From contig CBDDTI010000328.1 of assembly GCA_965233585.1 (NCBI GenBank), forward strand, positions 1-52,646: DNA of 52,646 nucleotides, written 5' to 3'. Below are positions 12,158-20,927 of the stretch, in pieces (positions within the stretch are counted from its first letter, which is position 1; every line of letters begins with the position of its first letter). This stretch comes from a bacterium (GTDB lineage Bacteria; SAR324; NAC60-12). The notes under the pieces are model-generated. The model saw nothing but the letters and a program-made list of their open reading frames with translations. It was not told the DNA's origin and did not search any database. A program made the position numbers and the translations under genes.

Positions 12158-12889
12158 TTTTCTAGTGTCTTAACCTTATAGATCAATATGTACTTGAGAT
12201 CATCTTTTAACATCTTTAATTATGACAAAGCTTTGTCTACAAATAAAATATAATATTGTCTTGCTTGTTGCAATGTGTGTGTAGTATGATTATTTAGTTT
12301 CATGCTGCCACATTGTTATTTTGCATCACCTTTTACCGCTGGAGCGCGCCAGTTTCCGTTTCTATATTCTCCCACTGATTTTCTCCCCATCCAAAGCCGA
12401 TCAATAAAGCCAGTCTTTTCAAGATATCAGACTTCAACTTCATACCCTTACAGTGGGTATTGTAAATTTTTAAGAATTATTTCAGTGATATGCCTGCAAT
12501 GGGGAAGGATATTTTGTAAACCAATAAAATGAAATAATTATATGGTACCCCATAATCATTCCATTTGCTGAGGAATATTCTGATATAGCAATGGGTAAAA
12601 ACTAAAAGATGAATGAATTGATATGATAAATAAAGAGTATTCTTAACTGAAGAACGTGTGTTTTTGTATAATTGCATGGCAAAATATTGTCACTTCATCC
12701 ATCAACAGCATCATTATCACCACAAATCCACCTGTCATTCGACAGGGCAGAAGTCTCCCCAGAGCTTTTCTCTTCACATGAATCGATTCTATGTTTAACT
12801 GCAATACAATAACGATGGATGGAAGTACAATTAAACTAGTGAACCGTTCCGGCCTAGCCGGCAGTTACCTGATGTACCCGTTCGACGAG

Positions 12890-13516
12890 TGTGGAAGTTT
12901 CCAAACGAAGTCGAATCCGAAGAAACCAGACAAGTATCAAGCGGAGAAATGAACGTGTGTATTCCTTTCAATGGTTTCTTACAGACTACTAGAGACATGG
13001 TTTCATTCAAACATGCAATCATTGTGAAAAGGGAAGATGAGCAATGGCAATGCCATAAAAGGAGATTCACAGAGGGTTCCTTGAATCAAAGAAGGTTTCT
13101 TGGTCTTCTGGTTCAACTTGCCCCCCCTCGAATTGTGAGGTTGCGAGATCGCGACCTCACGTGAGAGGTTGTTTGATTCTTGAACAAAGGTTCCTCTTCT
13201 TCCTTGCATTCCACTACTCAAATTTTCTTATCCTTTTCCGGAAAAAGGGTTCTAAGTGCACAACAATTTAAAATCTTGATTAATTGATTCCGAGTCTCCT
13301 TAAAACACTACACTTGGTCACTACATGAAGTCTGTGTGTTTCTACCAGCTCAAAGGCTTTCACAAGCGATGCTTAATGGTTTCCCCGATTGGCCCAGTGG
13401 GGAGTAGTGCATCTGGCGTCCCACGAGGGACGGCTGGCCGAGGTCGATTGGTCTCCAGAGCACTGATGGTGGCAATGGGAGCTACGGGGACTGAGTGTGG
13501 AGTAATGTCCCTACAT
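12890..13516 (+). mobile_element. Putative LTR (12890-13312) plus start of internal region of a second retroelement, interrupted by the Polinton
   Basis: Starts TGTGGAA (as does the other LTR read on its coding strand) and ends CTACA, followed after 2 nt by TGGTCACTAC and a GC-richer tract. No tRNA match identified. Confidence 0.3.
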
Positions 13517-13683
13517 CACTCTCATTCGAGCTTGTTACGCTCTAAAATCACCTTAAAACGTTCTCAAAACACCTTAAAACAGGCTGAAACCGTCTTTCAA
13601 CCATCCGTTTACCGATAAAAACCATCTTGATGCGCTCTCAAAACACCTTGATGGCATCTACATTGAGCCTGTTTCAACCTGAA

Positions 13684-13975
13684 ATCGGCTTGTAATCGTC
13701 TGCAACCGGCTTGTTTTCGTCTGCAATCGGCTTGCAACAACCTCAATCGAGCCTGCAATCGGCTTGTTTTCGTCTGCAATCGGCTTGCAACAACCTCAAT
13801 CGAGCCTGTAATCGGCTTGTTTTCGTCTGCAATCGGCTTGCAACAGGCTCAATCGAGCCTGCAATCGGCTTGTTTTCGTCTGCAATCGGCTTGCAACAGG
13901 CTCAATCGAGCCTGTAATCGGCTTGTTTTCGTCTGCAATCGGCCTGTTGCAAGCCGATTGCAAGCCGTTTGCAAC
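13684..13975. repeat. Subterminal 53-bp tandem repeat array ending in an inverted partial unit
   Basis: Unit AATCGGCTTGTTTTCGTCTGCAATCGGCTTGCAACAGGCTCAATCGAGCCTGT, about 4-5 copies, ending with TGTTGCAAGCCGATTGCA (reverse complement of part of the unit). Confidence 0.9.
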
Positions 13976-15605
13976 CTCAATTTTTCCCACTTTCCACGTT
14001 TTGAATCAGTTCGGGGGCGCGAAGAAAGGTTCTGAGAACGAAAAACGTCTTTTTCCGTGCGGTTTGACTCAAATATTCTTTCATGTTCAAACTTTATTTC
14101 TTTAAAATTAAAGCAACTCGCGCGCCAACGCGTTTTAAATTTCAATTCGCGCCGTAAGCAAAGATTTAGGCTCAAATTTTAATCACGTTAGGGGAAGGGG
14201 TGTCCAAATGCTTTTCCTCAACATTGATGTAACTAATTTCACAGTCAATTTCGATCAATTCAAAATTCAACACGTATCAAGAAATTCGGCACTTACCTTA
14301 CAATTTCGTGGCAGTCCTGAGAATCTCCAAATTTCTAATTTATTTTGGATTTTCACGAATACCACATCTTTGTGAGCAAGCAACAACCAAATATTTTAAA
14401 AGTGATAAAAGAAAAAAACTGTTAGGTTTCATGCTTTTATTGTTTGGCTTGGAGGTTCGAAAGTTCCCGGAAAAATAATTTGGATCTCCAACAAACGATA
14501 AAATTATGATCAACCATCATCAACTCCCATCTAAACACACATCCTCAAGTCAGAAAAATTACAACGTTTCATGTTTTTTAGTGAATATGAAGGGTTTAAA
14601 TGTTTAACAAATTTATTTAGATTTTTCATAATCACTTTAAAACGTCGAACAATCTACAATTTTGCTTTAATTTATAATTATTATTTTTTTGTTGCCAAGA
14701 TTATTATTCACGATTTTTTGGTCCTTGTGTACATTTTAGAATGAGTTTGGAATTTCTCAGTCTATTTTGTATGCAAAAAACCAGAAAATCACAAACAGCG
14801 GAATATCTTCATCCTAATTGTCAAGAACATTTTCTCTCACGCTTTTTTGACCTTTGTGTAGCTGCTAAATTATTTTATTAAGCTCTACCCAAGGGCCGAT
14901 AAATCATGAGAAGGCACTTCAAATACTCCGCCGAATAAAATTTTATAAAATGTGACATGTCGATTTAATTTGTAAGTGGTTTCTTCATCATCCATCAAGA
15001 ATACCGTTCTTTACACTCTTTTGGCAGTATGTGAAGCTCAAATTTTTTCCATAAATTATTTGCGTTTTACAAACGCCTTAAGATTGTAAATAATCCGCCA
15101 CATCGTCATTAAGAAGATTATTCTCTCAGGTTTTTTCGCCGTTGATTATTTGCTTAAATTTTATTTTATTAAGCAAATACTCTACGGTTTATAAACCATG
15201 AGAAGTTACTTCAAATACTACGTCGAATACGTGTTTATTATTAATAAATTGTGCTATAATATTTTATTAGTGAATGCGTTTGTGATTGTTTTCATCATTA
15301 ATTGTGAACATCGGCTTCTCGTTCTTTTGGTAATTGTACGGCTCAAATTTTTAAAAAATAATTTGAGCCCTACAAACGCCTTAAGATTGGAAGCAATCTA
15401 CATCGTCGGAAGCACATCCAAGCGCAAGACTTCATTGTCAAGAACATTGGTCATGCTTTTTAAATTCCTGTACGACGGCTCGATTTTAATTTATCAAGCC
15501 ACGTGCAAGAATTTTAAAATTGTGACAAATCACGTCGGAAATTTCGAGCGCGCTTTTAATATTTATTAGAAATGTCTGTGTAATATGTCGTTTCAGTTGT
15601 GCATC

Positions 15606-16007
15606 ATGAGTGGTCAAGACAACAAGCAGTCAAAATCATCATCGTCGCACAATTCCGACTGGGGAGAGGAATATACCGGTCCTGATGTTACCGGTATTTA
15701 TGATACTTCCGACCCGAACCGCGTTGTGCATCATTCTTTGCGTCGCATGTGCGCGCATCTTCGTAAAATCAACGAAGCATTGGAATCTTTGGACAGTGAA
15801 TTGGTGCAGTACAGGGCTTGCATCAAAGACAAACTTCTTGGCAAACTCAATAATTCACGCGACTCCGATACCAAATTGTGGTGGCATCGTGAAATTTCAA
15901 ATGAAATGAAAGTGTTTCATTTTTATGCGTCATTTTGCATGAAATTGTTGTGTAAAGATTTCTGTTTAGAACATTATCCAATTCGTGAAGAAGTAGTAGA
16001 AGTATGA
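15606..16007 (+). CDS. Hypothetical protein (133 aa), helical, Cys/His-containing
   Basis: ORF nearly identical in copy 2 (35848-36249). ATG preceded by TTTCAG. Confidence 0.65.
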   Translation: MSGQDNKQSKSSSSHNSDWGEEYTGPDVTGIYDTSDPNRVVHHSLRRMCAHLRKINEALESLDSELVQYRACIKDKLLGKLNNSRDSDTKLWWHREISNEMKVFHFYASFCMKLLCKDFCLEHYPIREEVVEV

Positions 16008-16309
16008 GCGTCTCTTTGCGCCGAACGACAAGCTCTGACCGAGATAAAAAATCTTGTTTCAAAGAAGTAGATCAAGATACGTTTCATCAAGATTTGCAAT
16101 CTCCTGATCTTTGTCCTAGAAACGATTGCTGTAGCGTGTGCGCGATGTTTTTATCAATTTTTGTGATTACTTCCGTTTTTCTTTGGTTAATGTACGGACT
16201 AACTTATAACGGTTTAAAGGCGCTTAATCTTGCGAATCAAACTTTAGTAGATATTTCTTTATTAAATCTCACCAATAATTCGTTATTTTCAAATAAATTG
16301 TTTTATTGA
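16004..16309 (+). CDS. Hypothetical single-pass membrane protein (101 aa)
   Basis: ATGA overlap with previous ORF; hydrophobic MFLSIFVITSVFLWLMYGL preceded by a Cys cluster and followed by N-x-S/T sequons; conserved in copy 2. Confidence 0.6.
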   Translation: MSVSLRRTTSSDRDKKSCFKEVDQDTFHQDLQSPDLCPRNDCCSVCAMFLSIFVITSVFLWLMYGLTYNGLKALNLANQTLVDISLLNLTNNSLFSNKLFY

Positions 16310-16317
16310 AATATAAT

Positions 16318-18057
16318 TTAAATTGGATTTTTAATTACAATGTTTAAAATTACTCTTCGATCGTCGTTAAATTCAATCAAATTTCCGTCTAATCTCCTGA
16401 GCTCGATCTTCATGTCGTCTAAATAATCAACATTGCATCTTATGAATTCTAAATTTTCGAAATGGATAGAACAGTAGTCATTTTGTGTGGATTGACCGAT
16501 TGTTGGTATAACTCTAAATATTGGGTAAAATTTGTCTCCAATAATGGAATGTTGAACAAAATTTGCATAACATATCATAACACCGGGATATAATTTGTAA
16601 ACGTCCATTGGTTTTGGTGCTTCAAAAAATCTTTCCTTAGTCACTGCAAGCGTGACGTAATCACCTCGTTCCTCAATTCTTGCAAATTCTTTCTCCGAGT
16701 AATCGTACATTCCTAAAAACGGGCAAAAGTTTTTGGGAATGCTTATTGAAAAAGGTTTATCTGTTTTAGCCACAATCCTAAAGAATCCATTAAAGTTCTC
16801 AAAATGTAAAATTTCCTTTAGTTCTTCAGATAACAGACGGTTTATTGATGTTGTTAGATCATCAGAGTTGCAGAAATAAAGGTTTGGTATTTCCACGACG
16901 TGTTTTTTTGTTTCGTTTTGGTTCATCAACACATTAAAGATAAACGGATTCCTTCCAATTGATTCTGGAATGCTACATATGGTGTTGGGAAAAGATATAT
17001 CCATCAAGGCTATTTTCGCGTTTTGATTCAAACTTATCGGATGTTTTAAGTGTGCCCAAAAACTACTATTTGTATTTTCGTAGTTCAATTTGGTATCTAC
17101 TTGTGAATCGATTCGTACGTGCGTTAATTCGTAATCCATATTTTTATCTTTTTCTTTTAAATGAAAATGCACTATAGACGGCTGACCTTCGTTTAAACTT
17201 AAAAGATTCCCAAAAGAATCTATAAATTGAGTGTTTATCGTTTCAATATTGGATTGTCGCACTTGATAATATCTGATATTTTTTACATTATGGTAAAAAT
17301 AATGACCTTCCATTTGATTCGGCAAAGTCGTTGTAAACATAATTGTGGAATAACTATTTCCGCTGGGAACGTCAGAAATAATATTTGATTTTATTTGAAC
17401 CAGACCGGGTTTTAAAACGGAATACACTTTAATTGCTGTAGTTAGAAGCGCAAAATTTTTCTTTACAGAAAAATACACATATTCGTTGTCGAAAAACTTG
17501 ATTGATTTTGCTTGGGAGGATACAAAACCGTTTTGGTAATATTTTAAATTTAAAATTTTTATTAAATGTTTATGTATCAAAAAATATCTATTATAATTGT
17601 AATTTACATTTTCCATTTCTTTTTTCGGATTTTCATCTATTACGTAAGCTTTTTCATCTTTACCCCCCGATTTGGGTTCAAAATTATACAATCTCATTCC
17701 TTCCTTGTAAATATATTGCATCAAGTTTTGCATCAGTCTATGCACTGTCAATACATCTTCATCTAAATTAGGCAAAACCCAAATGGATTTTGTCTGGTCT
17801 AAAATTTCGGACTTTATGTCTTCTTCCGAAGAATTTATAGATGTTAATTCGTTTTTTAGCGTGATGAAACAAGGTTGGCCTTTTGACAAAGTCATTTGGT
17901 TGTAATTGTAATGTAATCCAATAGACACTACCCCAATTTCCCATTCTCTATTTTTCAAGTCTAAACTTTGTGGAAATAAATTGGTAAAAGAATTCAAAGT
18001 ATTTTTGTCATCCGTATCGGAACTAGCGTTTGACACGCAATAAATATTATAATCCAT
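16318..18057 (-). CDS. Minor capsid (penton-like) protein with two tandem single-jelly-roll domains
   Basis: SNAS..NTLNSFTNLFPQSLDL..WEIGVVSI is the Polinton mCP N-terminal pattern. It recurs from Met307 (NTNSSFWAHLKHPISL..KIALMDI) and the protein ends SIIGD..PIFRVIP..IELRRLDGNLIEF. Confidence 0.8.
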   Translation of the reverse strand: MDYNIYCVSNASSDTDDKNTLNSFTNLFPQSLDLKNREWEIGVVSIGLHYNYNQMTLSKGQPCFITLKNELTSINSSEEDIKSEILDQTKSIWVLPNLDEDVLTVHRLMQNLMQYIYKEGMRLYNFEPKSGGKDEKAYVIDENPKKEMENVNYNYNRYFLIHKHLIKILNLKYYQNGFVSSQAKSIKFFDNEYVYFSVKKNFALLTTAIKVYSVLKPGLVQIKSNIISDVPSGNSYSTIMFTTTLPNQMEGHYFYHNVKNIRYYQVRQSNIETINTQFIDSFGNLLSLNEGQPSIVHFHLKEKDKNMDYELTHVRIDSQVDTKLNYENTNSSFWAHLKHPISLNQNAKIALMDISFPNTICSIPESIGRNPFIFNVLMNQNETKKHVVEIPNLYFCNSDDLTTSINRLLSEELKEILHFENFNGFFRIVAKTDKPFSISIPKNFCPFLGMYDYSEKEFARIEERGDYVTLAVTKERFFEAPKPMDVYKLYPGVMICYANFVQHSIIGDKFYPIFRVIPTIGQSTQNDYCSIHFENLEFIRCNVDYLDDMKIELRRLDGNLIEFNDDRRVILNIVIKNPI

Positions 18058-18063
18058 TCCGCG

Positions 18064-19152
18064 TTATTGTGGTATATCGACTATGTCTTTTTCGTATGTC
18101 CAACTAGGGTTTTTATACCCTTTCCATTTTATTAAAGCCATTTTTTCTCCGGTTTTTTTATCTTTTTTGGTCCGGAGAATCTTTTCGATGGCAAATACTT
18201 CCGGCTCATCTACGGGTGTAAGTTCACTCTCATAAAAATTTCCTTCCAAAGTTTCATCTTGTTCCAAAGTCTCTAACTCATAAGTGGGTTTTGGCAAACG
18301 TGTAGAAATTGATTTTATTTTAAAAATTTCTTCTTTGAATTGCGGTGTAAATCCTCTGTCGAATTTTCCCTTCATAATGCTAATACGCACGGTTTGGCCG
18401 ATTTTGTATTTTGGTTTCGTTCTTTTAATCTTGGAATAAACCAATTCTTGTTTTCTTCTAATGTGATAGGTTCTTCCGGGGAGTTCTGCTTCGGCGGGTG
18501 ACATTCCGATCATGCGATGTTTACGATTGTTGTAGGTATGGACAAGAAAGGGTAACGCGTCAATGTACCTGTCGGTATTTTCGTGAGTCATGTATCTAAA
18601 CAATAAGTTTTTTAAAGTTCGGTTAAATCTTTCCACAAAGGGGGCGTGCACAAAATTATTGCTGTGTAACAGAAGAATGTTATTGTTTTTGCAGTAGGCT
18701 TGAAACAATTTATTCTTAATTTCCGCTCCTTTATCGGCTAAAATTCTACGCGGAAATTGTTTTGCTCTTTTCATAATAGATTCAAACCCTTCCATAAATG
18801 TTTTTGCCATTTTATTTTTTAGTGGTTCTACAAAGGCAAATCGTGTAAAAATATCAATGGCTGTCAAAAGGTATCTATTAGAATCATTTTGTTCAGCCAA
18901 ATTTCCTAAATCTATAAGGTCAATTTGAAACTGATACCGTTTTCGATAAGCAAATGTCGGATTTCTCGGTCTGGGAAATTTAGGCTGTTTGTGTAATGTG
19001 TAGGAGTCTGTTCCTTTTAGCCACTCCTCGATTAACGTCAAAGGGATTTGTTTTTTATAATAATGATAGATTAGGGCGGGAGACGCAAAAGCTATTGGCG
19101 AACCCGGTTTCGCGTATTCTTTTAAAAAAGTCTCTTTTGTCGTTGTCGACAT
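18064..19152 (-). CDS. Retroviral-type (rve) integrase with C-terminal chromodomain
   Basis: YTLHK, FQIDLID, YLLTAIDIFTRFA, ADKGAE, VERFNRTLK (DDE triad intact), YNNRKHRMIGMSP, FYESEL, IEKIL..IKWKGY..SW. Confidence 0.95.
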   Translation of the reverse strand: MSTTTKETFLKEYAKPGSPIAFASPALIYHYYKKQIPLTLIEEWLKGTDSYTLHKQPKFPRPRNPTFAYRKRYQFQIDLIDLGNLAEQNDSNRYLLTAIDIFTRFAFVEPLKNKMAKTFMEGFESIMKRAKQFPRRILADKGAEIKNKLFQAYCKNNNILLLHSNNFVHAPFVERFNRTLKNLLFRYMTHENTDRYIDALPFLVHTYNNRKHRMIGMSPAEAELPGRTYHIRRKQELVYSKIKRTKPKYKIGQTVRISIMKGKFDRGFTPQFKEEIFKIKSISTRLPKPTYELETLEQDETLEGNFYESELTPVDEPEVFAIEKILRTKKDKKTGEKMALIKWKGYKNPSWTYEKDIVDIPQ

Positions 19153-19554
19153 TTAAAACAGAGGTTCTTTCGATATTTTGCGCCTTTTTTTCCTAGATTG
19201 CGTAATTGACGAGGGTTTTCTTTTTCTGTTCGAATTTTGAGTTCGATAGTCGTCGTTGCTATCGGCTTGTCGGGCAGCGTTAAGCAAAATACCTCGTGTA
19301 GCGGATTTTAAACGTTGTTTTGCTTTTCTGCCCACCGGTTGACCCTCCAAAGCTTCTATCGCCGTTTCTACAGCCGCTCTTGTCGCTTCTTTTTTTAAAG
19401 CTTTTCCTACAGATTTTATCGGGGCGCTTTTGGCTACACGTCCAATAGTTTTTATCGTTGATTTTGCTACCGGCATTAATCCGCGAAAAATTCCGGAAAA
19501 AAGCGATCCAATTCCCGAACCTCGTTGCCAATGTAAACCGCTGTGGTAATTCAT
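19153..19554 (-). CDS. Basic virion core-type protein with QRGxG motif
   Basis: QRGSGIGSLFSGIFR amphipathic N-terminus and Lys/Arg-rich tail, typical of small Polinton proteins that are putative adenain substrates. Confidence 0.75.
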   Translation of the reverse strand: MNYHSGLHWQRGSGIGSLFSGIFRGLMPVAKSTIKTIGRVAKSAPIKSVGKALKKEATRAAVETAIEALEGQPVGRKAKQRLKSATRGILLNAARQADSNDDYRTQNSNRKRKPSSITQSRKKRRKISKEPLF

Positions 19555-19563
19555 ATATGTATA

Positions 19564-20322
19564 TTATTGATTTAGACTTTTACGACATCTGTACAACGAC
19601 ATAACACTGACGCCTAAAATGTGAGCCATATTTTTGACGCTTAAATATCGCAATTTGGATTCTTTTAAAAAGGCATAAGCGCATGCGGCTAATAAAGTTC
19701 TTGGAGCAAAAGAACTATTTTCATTTTTTTTTAATATTTGTTCAATGGACGTCATTTCTTGATAATTTAACTGCAGCGGCTGTAAAAAATATTCTTTCAT
19801 ATCTTTCGCTTTTATGTAATTGTCTAATTTATTCATGTCAGTCAAATCCCGTCTGTATAATTTCATCCAACGCCACACTATCTTTGGATTAACGCCGACT
19901 TCTTGACACAAATGACTTATCGGGCGGGGAATTTTTTCTTTTATCAAACCTTGATATAACGTCATAACCACCAGTCCTTTAGCATCTATTTTAATTTTTC
20001 CACCTTTTCGATGATGCCACGCTACTATATCTGACCATAGATTAAAAATAACATTTGTAACATCATTATTTAAATGTAATTTATTGCATAAAATTTTTAA
20101 AATATTTTTTTCTTTCTCTAAATGCCGGTTTTTTTGTTTAATTTCTTCATCAAATGTTTTTATTTTGTCCAATTTTGTTTCCAAATTTGATTTTGTTAAA
20201 TTATAGCAATATATTTTATCAATAACTAATCCGCACTCGGTACACACCACGTCCCCTTGCCTGGTGTCTTCTACTGGATATTCATGATTGCATATTTTAG
20301 TATAATCTACTTTCTCGCGCAT
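19564..20322 (-). CDS. TFIIB-like transcription initiation factor (252 aa)
   Basis: Zn ribbon CNH..VEDTRQGDVVCTECGLVID, then two cyclin-fold repeats (LCNKLHL..LYQGLIKEKIPRPISHLC; APRTLLAACAY..VKNMAHILGVS). Start assigned from copy 2. Confidence 0.88.
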   Translation of the reverse strand: MREKVDYTKICNHEYPVEDTRQGDVVCTECGLVIDKIYCYNLTKSNLETKLDKIKTFDEEIKQKNRHLEKEKNILKILCNKLHLNNDVTNVIFNLWSDIVAWHHRKGGKIKIDAKGLVVMTLYQGLIKEKIPRPISHLCQEVGVNPKIVWRWMKLYRRDLTDMNKLDNYIKAKDMKEYFLQPLQLNYQEMTSIEQILKKNENSSFAPRTLLAACAYAFLKESKLRYLSVKNMAHILGVSVMSLYRCRKSLNQ

Positions 20323-20378
20323 AATTTTGATGTTTATTGTATAAATATTAAAACTCAACTAAATAAACATTATTCACA

Positions 20379-20921
20379 TCATTCGATTTTATATTTTTTT
20401 AATAATTTAATAATAATTTTTATTCCATGTTTAGCATCTTCTTCGCTGGAGGCTCCAATTATAACTATTTTTCCCGACGAAAATATTAAAGCTGAACACT
20501 TTTTTATTTTTAAAAATACGCCTGGGAATTTTTCTGGGTCGTATCTCTTATAAATGATTTCAAAGTCTTCATTCAATTTTAAATGGTTGTAAAATCTCGA
20601 TAATTTGATCTCTTCTTTTGATTGATACAAACAAGTCATGTTTTCTACTTTAAATATTTTAACAACAAATTCGCTACTTATAACAAGTTTTAGTTCGTCT
20701 AATGCTTTTGCAATATGTTCTGTAGAGGGAATTTTTGTAATGTTTACATGAAAATGTCGATTTTGTTTTGTTTTGGTAAATATAATAAAGGAATATTTTT
20801 TTCTTATTACAACAAAATTATTATAACGTTTTATTGTATTATCGGTATTAAAAGAAATTTCGTCGCTGTTAATAAGATGAACTTTACAACTAATTTTTAC
20901 ATTGCTGACCAGCACTTCCAT
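20379..20921 (-). CDS. TATA-binding protein (TBP)-like (180 aa)
   Basis: Two repeats starting VSNVK and VENMT. The second has YDPEKFPGVFLKI..SALIFSSGKIVIIGASSEEDA, closely matching the TBP signature. Confidence 0.92.
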   Translation of the reverse strand: MEVLVSNVKISCKVHLINSDEISFNTDNTIKRYNNFVVIRKKYSFIIFTKTKQNRHFHVNITKIPSTEHIAKALDELKLVISSEFVVKIFKVENMTCLYQSKEEIKLSRFYNHLKLNEDFEIIYKRYDPEKFPGVFLKIKKCSALIFSSGKIVIIGASSEEDAKHGIKIIIKLLKKYKIE

Positions 20922-20927
20922 CTTGTT

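Noticed and set aside
13684..13975. CRISPR-like array or coding ORFs in the 53-bp repeats
   Set aside because: Units are contiguous with no unique spacers, there are no cas genes and the context is eukaryotic. The ORFs are by-products of the repeat.
15198..15569. 123-aa hydrophobic ORF
   Set aside because: Composition is typical of AT-rich non-coding DNA and the C-terminus is frameshifted in copy 2; not supported, though not excluded.
19564..20921. Host TBP/TFIIB locus interrupted by the element
   Set aside because: The genes are intronless, highly diverged, packed within tens of bases of viral genes and present at the same position in both copies.
20715..20927. 71-aa N-terminal extension of the major capsid protein
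   Set aside because: It is the antisense of TBP, and substitutions between copies are synonymous in the TBP frame. MCP-like sequence starts near MGVPEK.
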